A DNA stretch of 36,586 bases, taken from IMG/VR virus record IMGVR_UViG_3300027805_000007; one strand, given 5' to 3'. Of this stretch, positions 24,059 to 31,822 are shown one piece after another. A program made the translations under genes and the position numbers. Source of the stretch: an uncultured virus (IMG/VR IMGVR_UViG_3300027805_000007). Taxonomy: Duplodnaviria; Heunggongvirae; Uroviricota; Caudoviricetes. The notes under the pieces were generated by a model, which had not been told where the DNA came from, made no database searches, and saw nothing but the letters and a program-made list of their open reading frames with translations. Numbering within the stretch: position 1 is the first letter of the stretch; the number at the start of each line of letters is the position of its first letter.

Positions 24059-24304
24059 ATGAATAAATGGAATGTAAGTATCTCGCTCCAAACGGGCGTG
24101 TATCTAGAGGGAGTCAATGCAAGTGACCCTGCAACATTGCTTGCGGGAGACCTCAACATAGAAGATGTTGTGGATGCATTGACTAAGCAACTGCTCTCAG
24201 GTCAAGCGTCATTGGACTGGGTAGTGGAAGAAGTGCAGACACTGGACGGTCGTACCGTTCGGGTTGACGATGAAGACCGTCTATGGCTCGGAGATGCAGT
24301 ATGA
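24059..24304 (+). CDS. Hypothetical protein
   Basis: SD and ATG start. Confidence 0.8.
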   Translation: MNKWNVSISLQTGVYLEGVNASDPATLLAGDLNIEDVVDALTKQLLSGQASLDWVVEEVQTLDGRTVRVDDEDRLWLGDAV

Positions 24305-24507
24305 GGCTCCGAGACATGATGGTCATGATGCTCGGCATTACCGACATGGAAGCCGAGCAAGTACACAACTTCTGCTGGGACACAGAGATGTATCCCGACA
24401 TGCAGAAGTTGAAGACTGAAGCCTCAGTGGCTGACATCAAAGCATTCTTCGCACATGCGTGCGATGAGTACCGCAAAGCAAACAACATTCAAACAAAGAG
24501 CCTTTAG
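24301..24507 (+). CDS. Hypothetical protein
   Basis: ATGA overlap and GGAG SD. Confidence 0.7.
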   Translation: MRLRDMMVMMLGITDMEAEQVHNFCWDTEMYPDMQKLKTEASVADIKAFFAHACDEYRKANNIQTKSL

Positions 24508-24515
24508 GAGGGCAC

Positions 24516-24650
24516 ATGGATAACGGATTCACCATTCACATAAGCGGTTACGCAATTGATTGCTTTGTGTTTTTTGTAATTGGGATCGGTTGGGGGATCG
24601 TATTAACACGGGCAGTAGACATGTTCAGAGACAGAAGGAAGGCAAAGTAA
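24516..24650 (+). CDS. Small single-TM protein (44 aa)
   Basis: Manual translation MDNGFTIHISGYAIDCFVFFVIGIGWGIVLTRAVDMFRDRRKAK; AGGAGG SD; TAATG coupling to the next gene. Confidence 0.7.
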   Translation: MDNGFTIHISGYAIDCFVFFVIGIGWGIVLTRAVDMFRDRRKAK

Positions 24651-24946
24651 TGGGAAGCATCAACGCACTAGGCATGGCGGAAGCCGTGGAAGACGGAATG
24701 ATTGAACTACGACAGGCGCTCGCATGGCACCTGCAAAGCAATCACTATCCACCAGTACCACTCAACATGGTTGATCCATGTGTGGTCGCAATTCAATTGG
24801 TCACCGAAGGTGAGCACGACACCAATGTCACGCTCCCCGATGGCATCATGTGGAGGGGTCAGCCAGTTGCTCCAGCGTGGGCAGTGGTGAATGCACACCA
24901 CCTTGACTCATTCATTGACACCAGCGAAGAGGAATGGGGCTTCTAA
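24650..24946 (+). CDS. Hypothetical phage protein (WHLQSNHYPPVP motif)
   Basis: Start moved to ATG 24650. Confidence 0.8.
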   Translation: MGSINALGMAEAVEDGMIELRQALAWHLQSNHYPPVPLNMVDPCVVAIQLVTEGEHDTNVTLPDGIMWRGQPVAPAWAVVNAHHLDSFIDTSEEEWGF

Positions 24947-25158
24947 TGATGATTGACACAGCCAACATCGTTGGTGCCAACGAGATCGCTGACAGGCTCC
25001 AACGAGCACACTCAACGATCGTGCACCAATGGAGAATGCGAAACATCGGATTCCCCGAGCCATGTCTTGTACTCAGTGCAGGACTGTTTTGGGAATGGGA
25101 CAAAGTAGAAGCATGGTTTAACGGAAGAATGAACAAGACCAAAAAGGAGACAGCATGA
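24946..25158 (+). CDS. AlpA/excisionase-like HTH DNA-binding protein
   Basis: IVGANEIADRL...VHQWR....FPEP...LSAGLFWEWDKVEAW. Confidence 0.75.
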   Translation: MMIDTANIVGANEIADRLQRAHSTIVHQWRMRNIGFPEPCLVLSAGLFWEWDKVEAWFNGRMNKTKKETA

Positions 25159-25358
25159 ACACCTATCAAATAACCGCACAGCGCTTAGGCAAAGTGAAGG
25201 CACACACATTCACCGATGTGGATGACAACGAAGCAACAATGACTGCAATCTTCTACATCCTTGATCAAGCAAAGACCAAGGACATGTGGGCAAAGGGTCG
25301 CATTGAATTGAAGAACACAACAACCAACGAGTTACTCAAAGTAATGGAGGCAAAGTAA
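25155..25358 (+). CDS. Hypothetical protein
   Basis: ATGA overlap and AAGGAG SD. Confidence 0.75.
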   Translation: MNTYQITAQRLGKVKAHTFTDVDDNEATMTAIFYILDQAKTKDMWAKGRIELKNTTTNELLKVMEAK

Positions 25359-25939
25359 TGGATGAAATTCAACAAGAAGTGAAAGAACTTCTGAAGGACG
25401 AGTGCTGTGAATGTAGCGAAATCGTGGACACCGATGGTGACCATGGCTGGAGCAATGTACACGATGGTTACCTCTGCTGGGGTTGCTACGAGTCCGATCA
25501 GAACCACTCGTCAACTGTGCAACTTGTGCACGATGGTGCAGTACGCAAGTACTACATCGGAGACCACATTCGCATGGACGAGTACGGCGATGACCTGTAC
25601 AACACCAACCTCACGATCAATCGTGAGTACATCCAGTCAAGTGACTGGCGTGGTCACTACGAGACCACCATTGAAGGCTGGACAGAGATCATGGCTGGCT
25701 GGACAACTGGTGGCTGGGGTGACCCAATCGCTGACAAGAAACAGATATTCAATCAGTGGGCTGAACGCTTGCTGACAGGTGAAGTTGACTATGGCGACAT
25801 ACCAATCGCCATCGTGGCTGATCCAACGAGCAATGTGTTTAGCATGGGTATCTCGGTGCTCACACCTGAACCAAACAGGCTCATTGAATGGATGGAGCAA
25901 GGCGGAGATTATCTTCTACTCAAGAATGCTCTGTCATGA
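25358..25939 (+). CDS. Hypothetical acidic protein with N-terminal zinc finger
   Basis: CCEC...CWGC; TAATG coupling. Confidence 0.8.
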   Translation: MDEIQQEVKELLKDECCECSEIVDTDGDHGWSNVHDGYLCWGCYESDQNHSSTVQLVHDGAVRKYYIGDHIRMDEYGDDLYNTNLTINREYIQSSDWRGHYETTIEGWTEIMAGWTTGGWGDPIADKKQIFNQWAERLLTGEVDYGDIPIAIVADPTSNVFSMGISVLTPEPNRLIEWMEQGGDYLLLKNALS

Positions 25940-26091
25940 GCACCACCGAATTCACACTTCAGGTCACAGTGCGCAAGCGCTGTGACTTGGATGAACCAAC
26001 CAATGCTCCCGATGCAATCCGTCTCGTAGAGGCGCTGTTGACACTGGGGTCATTCATAGAAATCATAGACATCAAGGAGGTAGAGCAATGA
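25936..26091 (+). CDS. Small hypothetical protein
   Basis: ATGA overlap. Confidence 0.6.
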   Translation: MSTTEFTLQVTVRKRCDLDEPTNAPDAIRLVEALLTLGSFIEIIDIKEVEQ

Positions 26092-26246
26092 GCAACATGA
26101 GGACAGTTGAGTTAGTAAACCAAATCCAAGACGAATTGGGAATCATGGCGTTTACATGGTTCAAGTACGACTTAGGTCTTGTGTTACCAGCAAAGTCATT
26201 AGAGGACATCTTGTCCGCAATCATCAAACTTAAGGAGAAAGTGTGA
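26088..26246 (+). CDS. Small hypothetical protein (52 aa)
   Basis: Manual translation MSNMRTVELVNQIQDELGIM...KEKV; AAGGAGG SD; overlaps at both ends. Confidence 0.7.
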   Translation: MSNMRTVELVNQIQDELGIMAFTWFKYDLGLVLPAKSLEDILSAIIKLKEKV

Positions 26247-26527
26247 AGGACTACACAAAACTCAATTACAGAATTACATGGGCGTTCTACGGGTTCCTTG
26301 CGATGCTCGTGACAGCGTTCGTGTATTTCTTAATCCAAGAGTCTGCGGAGCATATGGATTCATATATCTGCAATACAAAGCAACACACCGTGTCATACGG
26401 TGAGACCCTGTGGGAAATCGCTATGAGCAATTGCTCGGGCAACATAGAGTCCGCCGTCAATGACCTAGTAGAGACCTACGGGTCAACCATCCAAAACGGG
26501 CAGGTCATTGACCTTCCCACAAAATAA
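26243..26527 (+). CDS. Membrane-anchored LysM-domain protein
   Basis: TM helix followed by HTVSYGETLWEIA...IQNGQVIDLP. Confidence 0.85.
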   Translation: MKDYTKLNYRITWAFYGFLAMLVTAFVYFLIQESAEHMDSYICNTKQHTVSYGETLWEIAMSNCSGNIESAVNDLVETYGSTIQNGQVIDLPTK

Positions 26528-26536
26528 GAACAGAAG

Positions 26537-26565
26537 TTGCAATTCCCGTCCCACGGAGGTAGTTT
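26537..26565 (+). promoter_or_regulatory. Candidate sigma-A promoter for the DUF932 gene
   Basis: TTGCAA-N17-TAGTTT. Confidence 0.5.
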
Positions 26566-26616
26566 TATCTCAGTGGTACAACAAACCAAATAACTCAAAC
26601 AACAAGGAGAAACATC

Positions 26617-27639
26617 ATGTCAAGAGAAACCAGCCAGTGGCTCAACCAAAATGTATTGGTGGGCTTTACATCCAAGCGTGGGAACGCATGGCACTACAAG
26701 GCAACCGATCAGGGAACTGAGCCAAACCATTACGAGCAGGCAATCCCTGTTGAAGATGTCAAGCGTCGTCTGTTCCACTGGAAGGCAATTGAAGCACCAG
26801 TGTTCGTGCAAGTGCCTAACAATGGCACCTTCAAGTACATCCCACAGGATGACCGCAAGGCAATCGTTCGTGACGACAACTACGAGACGCTTGGTCTCTT
26901 CAAGGATTCGTATCAGATCCACCAGTACGAGGAGTGGTTGCTCGGCACCGTGGCAAACGTGATTGATGACAGCAACTTGCAGATCGGTTCTGCGGGCTTG
27001 CTTCGCAGTGGCGGTGTCGCATGGGTCAGCATTGAGATGCCTGAGACAATCAGCACCAAGGCGGGCTTTGAGTTCCGTCCACACTTGCTCGCAACTACGA
27101 GCCACAACGGCACGCTTGCCACAACATTCAAGCGAGTCGTCACCGCCGTGGTCTGCGACAACACGCTCGCTGGAGCGCTCGGTGAGCAGGGATCAGAGTT
27201 CAAGACTCGTCACAGCAAGTACAGCAACGGACGCATTCAAGACATCCGTGACGCTCTCGGAATCATTCACAGCATGGCTGATGAGGTGTCGCTTGAGATT
27301 GAGCGCCTCTCGTCAATCACTGTGACCCAGTCCGAGTGGGACGCCATCGTGGATCGTCTCGTGCCTGTTGGTACCGAAGGTGAGGCTCGCCCACAAGCGA
27401 TCAGTCGCTCACAGAACAAGCAGGAAGCGATCCGTCACCTCTACAAGAACGACCCACGAGTCGCTCCATGGATGGGAACTGGTCTCGGAGTGTTGCAAGC
27501 ATTCAACACCTACCAACACCACATGAGTGGCAAGGACGACAGCCGTGTTGAGCGCAACGCAATGAATGCACTCAACGGCAAGACCGATGAGTTTGACCGT
27601 CAGGTCATTCGGATCTTGGAGGATGTAGTCCTCGTATGA
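26617..27639 (+). CDS. DUF932-family phage/plasmid protein
   Basis: SAGLLRSGGVAWV, LLATTSHNGTLAT, VVCDNTL, RHSKYS, GTGLGVLQAFNTY. Confidence 0.85.
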   Translation: MSRETSQWLNQNVLVGFTSKRGNAWHYKATDQGTEPNHYEQAIPVEDVKRRLFHWKAIEAPVFVQVPNNGTFKYIPQDDRKAIVRDDNYETLGLFKDSYQIHQYEEWLLGTVANVIDDSNLQIGSAGLLRSGGVAWVSIEMPETISTKAGFEFRPHLLATTSHNGTLATTFKRVVTAVVCDNTLAGALGEQGSEFKTRHSKYSNGRIQDIRDALGIIHSMADEVSLEIERLSSITVTQSEWDAIVDRLVPVGTEGEARPQAISRSQNKQEAIRHLYKNDPRVAPWMGTGLGVLQAFNTYQHHMSGKDDSRVERNAMNALNGKTDEFDRQVIRILEDVVLV

Positions 27640-28001
27640 ACCGCTGGGATTACTACAACGATGCGGGGGAGTCAAATCCCCCGCTTCATGTACCTACAAT
27701 CATTAACAAAGAGATCATGGATCCTTTACCGTTCCCCGAAGTAGGTACATGGCGCAAATATGCGTCATGCCGACATGAAGACACAACTACTTTCTTTGCT
27801 ACTGGATTAGTAGGGCATAACAAAGAAATACGATTAAAAAGAAAGCAAGCCATTGAGATATGCCAAGGCTGTCCTGTTTCATTCCAATGCCTACGCTATG
27901 CCGTCAAGAACGACATCCGCTGGGGCGTATGGGGTGGCAGAGATATGCAGTCTCTTGAAAAGGTTGATCGCCTGAATCTAGGAAAGATCTTCAATAAGTA
28001 A
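27636..28001 (+). CDS. whiB: WhiB-family transcription regulator
   Basis: W...ASC...FF...AIEICQGCPVSFQCL...WGVWGG. Confidence 0.9.
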   Translation: MNRWDYYNDAGESNPPLHVPTIINKEIMDPLPFPEVGTWRKYASCRHEDTTTFFATGLVGHNKEIRLKRKQAIEICQGCPVSFQCLRYAVKNDIRWGVWGGRDMQSLEKVDRLNLGKIFNK

Positions 28002-29051
28002 GTTGAGGCGGTGTGCTCCGAGGCTGATGTCTCGTGAGCGCACCGCTTCTCTCAAAGCCTCTCCCTCGTCTGCTCGCCTGACTGGATCCCGAAGATCCCT
28101 CAGATGCTTGAGCCACTGCGATGGTTTACTCGCAGTACGACCAACTCCCCAACTATCACGCAAAGCCTCATACGCTGAAAGAGATGAACCAACCCATGGA
28201 ATCCCCGAGGAGGAGTACTCCAACAACTTGATGTCGCTCTTGGCATGGTTGAATGGCGTATCACGCAGTGGTGCGATACCCACGTCCATGGTCAACAGCG
28301 ATGGGTATTCTTTGGCGTCCACTGCATTCGCAACAGTCACCTGATCTTCGTGCAGTCCTAACTTGCTGGCAACTGATGGTGCATGCGAGTAGTGACCGCT
28401 GTGATGGAACTTAATCTCGTTGTTAGCGATTAAAGGGTTGATGATCCCCTTCATGATCTCTAAGTCACTGGAGCGATGGCTCGTGGCTCCCACCCACCCA
28501 ACTACAGGAACAGAACTATCGGTGTGCACATGTGGAGTAAACCGTGAGATGTCTACCGTGTTCTCCAATGTGATGATTGGGCAATGCACAAACGACTTGA
28601 TGCGATCGGCAAGATACGGAGTTGACACGGTGACCAGCGTGCTGGATGCGAGCACCTTCTTGTAATGATCTCGGTTCTCTTTTGGGTTGGTCTTTGGGTG
28701 CGATGACATGAATGCATCGTTGGCTGGATCAAGTCCCCAGTACCAGTCGTCTAAATCATTAATTACAATTTGTCCAACAGCACGAGCCTTGTGAATGTGA
28801 TCGGCTAGTGAGTCGTGCATGAGTCGTTGCATCACAATGATGTCAACGGGGATCAACTCATCGTTAGCACCTCGGATGCAGAAGTAGTTCTTGTTCCATG
28901 TGAGCACTCCTACAATTACATCTTTTTCAAAATGCTCCAACCACTCCACATACTGACCAATGCGTGCCCAGCCCGAGCCACCCCAATGCTGTTTACCATC
29001 TGTGGAGCGTTGTACTGGAACGTAGTCACCACTGGCAAAGCCAATTCTCAC
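27978..29051 (-). CDS. GT-B glycosyltransferase
   Basis: IVMQR...INDLDD...VTVSTPYLA...VGWVG..SH..DL...DVGIAPLRDTPFNHAKSDIKLLEYS. Confidence 0.9.
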   Translation of the reverse strand: MRIGFASGDYVPVQRSTDGKQHWGGSGWARIGQYVEWLEHFEKDVIVGVLTWNKNYFCIRGANDELIPVDIIVMQRLMHDSLADHIHKARAVGQIVINDLDDWYWGLDPANDAFMSSHPKTNPKENRDHYKKVLASSTLVTVSTPYLADRIKSFVHCPIITLENTVDISRFTPHVHTDSSVPVVGWVGATSHRSSDLEIMKGIINPLIANNEIKFHHSGHYSHAPSVASKLGLHEDQVTVANAVDAKEYPSLLTMDVGIAPLRDTPFNHAKSDIKLLEYSSSGIPWVGSSLSAYEALRDSWGVGRTASKPSQWLKHLRDLRDPVRRADEGEALREAVRSRDISLGAHRLNLLIEDLS

Positions 29052-29185
29052 TTCTTCTCCACCATTTCAACAGTGACGCTGGTATGTCTGTCAGGGTTGG
29101 TGCATGTTGGTGGCACCGAGGGCTTCACAAATACGGTGATGACCTTCCCGCATTGCGGGCATTCGTAATGGCGTTTGTCGCTCAT
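29048..29185 (-). CDS. Small zinc-ribbon protein (45 aa)
   Basis: Manual translation MSDKRHYECPQCGKVITVFVKPSVPPTCTNPDRHTSVTVEMVEKK; 4-nt overlaps on both sides. Confidence 0.75.
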   Translation of the reverse strand: MSDKRHYECPQCGKVITVFVKPSVPPTCTNPDRHTSVTVEMVEKK

Positions 29186-29391
29186 TGTGGTGTGACCTTC
29201 CATGGACGCCACTCAGCAAGGAATGCTTGAATGTCACGCTTATCCCAAATTGGTGTGGATGCCAAGTTTGCGATCGGTTGTGGGAACTTCTTCTGCTTAC
29301 GCAAGGCGTGGATGCGCTGTTTGGTTACGCCAAGTATTACAGCGATCTCACTAGTGCCTGCCAAGTGTTCGGGTTGTAGTTGATTTGTCAT
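29182..29391 (-). CDS. AlpA/excisionase-like HTH DNA-binding protein
   Basis: LAGTSEIAVILGVTKQRI...FPQPIANLASTPIWDKRDIQAF; TAGGAT 6 nt upstream. Confidence 0.8.
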   Translation of the reverse strand: MTNQLQPEHLAGTSEIAVILGVTKQRIHALRKQKKFPQPIANLASTPIWDKRDIQAFLAEWRPWKVTPQ

Positions 29392-29423
29392 GTGTACATC
29401 CTACTTGTTTGTGTACGTTATGT

Positions 29424-29921
29424 CTACAGTCTCCAGTGACCTAGACCACCATTGTCGTACAGGTATTTGGCTACCGATAAATTGCAGTCCACATTGAATA
29501 ATCCTGTGATGTCGGTGCCACATATGTTCCTCGTGACCGTTCGCCAACTGGAGTTGACCTGCACCAGACCGAGGTCGTGTGATTTATCACGGTTTAAAGT
29601 GCGGTTGTGTGCGAGTTCATTACAGCGGGACTCACGCCAACTGATATACGAAAAAGCAACGACAGGCAAGCCGTATTCACGGAACTTGGCTTCCCATTGT
29701 GGGCAACGCTTTGTCTTATCTTTCGGGATTCCTTTCGGTGTTGGCATTTGTTCAGGTGCCAATTCCTTTGCATTTACTACCTCTAGTGCTACCGATTGGA
29801 CTAGTGGTGTTAGTTGAATTGTTGCTACTTCGGACTGTTGATTATTTGGAGCCAGCCCCACCAACAACGATGTGATTGATGTGAACACGAGTCCAACGAT
29901 AACTAACGAGCGATCTAACAA
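29424..29921 (-). CDS. Secreted lytic transglycosylase (SLT/lysozyme-like)
   Basis: Signal peptide; RESRCN...DLGLVQVN...NLSVAKYLY...GLGHW. Confidence 0.85.
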   Translation of the reverse strand: MLDRSLVIVGLVFTSITSLLVGLAPNNQQSEVATIQLTPLVQSVALEVVNAKELAPEQMPTPKGIPKDKTKRCPQWEAKFREYGLPVVAFSYISWRESRCNELAHNRTLNRDKSHDLGLVQVNSSWRTVTRNICGTDITGLFNVDCNLSVAKYLYDNGGLGHWRL

Positions 29922-30010
29922 TATTCTTCTCCTTGATAGGCGGATAAAGCAAAACGCCCACAGGATTCTATGAAGAACTCTATGGGCGTTACCCTTCTAG
30001 TTTACAGGTA

Positions 30011-30427
30011 TTAAGGCTGAATCAACCGAAACTTAAGCATCTCTAAATTATTCAGTTCCGTACCCATCTTAGGAATCTCTAGAATGTTTATTTCATTAAT
30101 CTCTTTTGACTCAGCGTCTGCACACTCTGTGCATCTACAGCCTTGTCTGTAACGCATCCATGTACCATGTGCACGAAGTACACTTGCTTTCGGATGTTCA
30201 ACAGTAAGCGCTGTTCGCTCTTGCGGTGTGAGTCCGCCCCACAACCCCCATTTCTCTTCTACGCCATCATCTAAGCAGTCTTTCCATACAGGACATTGTC
30301 TGCATACGGCTCTAGAGATCGTGTAGTAATTCTCTGGTACGTCTGTGTCTAATGGTGGGTACCAAAGATCAATGTGTCGGTCTTTACAGAGTGCTTGCTT
30401 ACGCCAATCCTCTGCGAACTGAGGCAA
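30011..30427 (-). CDS. whiB: WhiB-family regulator with C-terminal HG...Y..GCRC..C zinc motif
   Basis: WRKQALC...CRQCPVWKDCL...WGLWGGLTPQER. Confidence 0.9.
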   Translation of the reverse strand: MPQFAEDWRKQALCKDRHIDLWYPPLDTDVPENYYTISRAVCRQCPVWKDCLDDGVEEKWGLWGGLTPQERTALTVEHPKASVLRAHGTWMRYRQGCRCTECADAESKEINEINILEIPKMGTELNNLEMLKFRLIQP

Positions 30428-30859
30428 CTAAAACTCTTCCGTTGGAATTTCATCGTGAATGCGTTTATCACGAATCGGTCTGATGGTTGCTTCAATTGCC
30501 GTGTAGATCGCTGTACTCATGCGCTCTACTTGCTCATTCATCTTTTCAATTTGTCCGAGAAGGGTCACAACTTCACCTGACAAACGCTTGTTCTCTACAG
30601 CCAGTTGAAGGATGATGTCCCAATTGTCTAGCAAGATCTCTGCCATAGACAATTCCGTTTGAGCCGAGAACTCCGCCAGCGTTGACGCAGTTTGTTGTTG
30701 AACAAGTTGTGGAATCATGCCAAGGGCTTTAGACAAGCGTCTACGCTCGTTCTCTAGTTCTTGTGCCATTGTCCAGTGGTTTGGTTCTTTCTTTGGTTTC
30801 TTTTCACTGTGTGGGTTTTGTTCGTTCCACTCATTGAAGTACATGTGACCATTAGGCAT
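30428..30859 (-). CDS. Coiled-coil hypothetical protein
   Basis: ATG 30859 follows GAGGGG; heptad-like C-terminal half. Confidence 0.7.
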   Translation of the reverse strand: MPNGHMYFNEWNEQNPHSEKKPKKEPNHWTMAQELENERRRLSKALGMIPQLVQQQTASTLAEFSAQTELSMAEILLDNWDIILQLAVENKRLSGEVVTLLGQIEKMNEQVERMSTAIYTAIEATIRPIRDKRIHDEIPTEEF

Positions 30860-31178
30860 TGTGGTACCCCTCTTCACGAACTACGCAGTCCCAACCACAA
30901 GCAATATAGCCAGCGCTGTCTGCCCAGTGGTCACGCTTCTCAGGTGACCATGAGATGCGAGAGATCTTGAGAAGGGTCATCATGACAGCGACATCATGTG
31001 GCTTGAGTTGTGTTGACTCTCGCTTATCTACAACACGGCGAAGGTATGTTGACCACATTTCTGCCGTAGTGGCAAAGTCATCAATTGGATCACCGTATGT
31101 GTCATTGCGATCACCGTTGACGAGCAACTCTGCCTCCGTCAGAATGTCTGTGCGATTATTGAATGTTGGTGGTCTCAT
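30852..31178 (-). CDS. DUF6378-like phage protein
   Basis: ILTEAELLVNGDRNDTYGDP..DF...A.MW..YL...DVAVMM.LLKISR...DHWADSAGY. Confidence 0.85.
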   Translation of the reverse strand: MRPPTFNNRTDILTEAELLVNGDRNDTYGDPIDDFATTAEMWSTYLRRVVDKRESTQLKPHDVAVMMTLLKISRISWSPEKRDHWADSAGYIACGWDCVVREEGYHNA

Positions 31179-31768
31179 AGGTATACCTCGTTGTTTGGAT
31201 TGAGAAGGTTAATGATCTGAGCAAAACTGCGAAGGTTGGGAACACGCACAGCATCAACTTGGTAAGTGTTCCATGGTTGTGTGCGAAGTATGGACATCGC
31301 TCCAGCATTATCCATGTCTAGGTAGTACTCCACGTTGTCGTCAATTGCAATGGTTGGTCTACCGATCTCTTTAATGACTTGTCCCTTAGTGGTTGATGGG
31401 AACCACAGGTAGTCAGGGGCAAGGTTGTGAGCGTCTAGCCACTTACGTGTTTGTTCGTGGGCTTCTTGTGGTCTAAAAGTTACGACATGAATCGTTAGTT
31501 TGAGTTCTCTGATGACACTCCATGCGTAGTCGGCGTTGTACTCGGGAGGCATGGTGGCGTACAGATCGTGCTTAATGGTTGCTTGAAGTAGGTGAGCGTC
31601 AAACTCTTCACGGGTCATCCCCCAGTCCTCGTAGAACTCCCAGCGGGTAGGGTACGGCAATTGCTTGGGGTTCATGTGCAGTTCTCGGACGCAGTACTGT
31701 TTGAAAGCGTCAGCAAAGGGGTAGACAACGCCGTCAAGATCAATGACAACATCCGTTACTCGGTTCAT
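31175..31768 (-). CDS. HAD-family 5'(3')-deoxyribonucleotidase-like protein
   Basis: IDLDGVV, IHVVTFR, TRKWL, AIDDN, QPWN. Confidence 0.85.
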   Translation of the reverse strand: MNRVTDVVIDLDGVVYPFADAFKQYCVRELHMNPKQLPYPTRWEFYEDWGMTREEFDAHLLQATIKHDLYATMPPEYNADYAWSVIRELKLTIHVVTFRPQEAHEQTRKWLDAHNLAPDYLWFPSTTKGQVIKEIGRPTIAIDDNVEYYLDMDNAGAMSILRTQPWNTYQVDAVRVPNLRSFAQIINLLNPNNEVYL

Positions 31769-31822
31769 AAGCCCCCGTACTACATAAAGATAGCGAATAT
31801 TACAGGGTGAACTATGTGTTTG

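Noticed and set aside
24946..29391. Excisionase-like HTH genes as evidence of an integrated prophage
   Set aside because: No integrase, att site or host boundary is visible; lifestyle cannot be determined from this window.
29925..30005. c-di-AMP (ydaO) riboswitch before the transglycosylase gene
   Set aside because: The leader is too short and shows a single hairpin without the conserved ydaO motifs.
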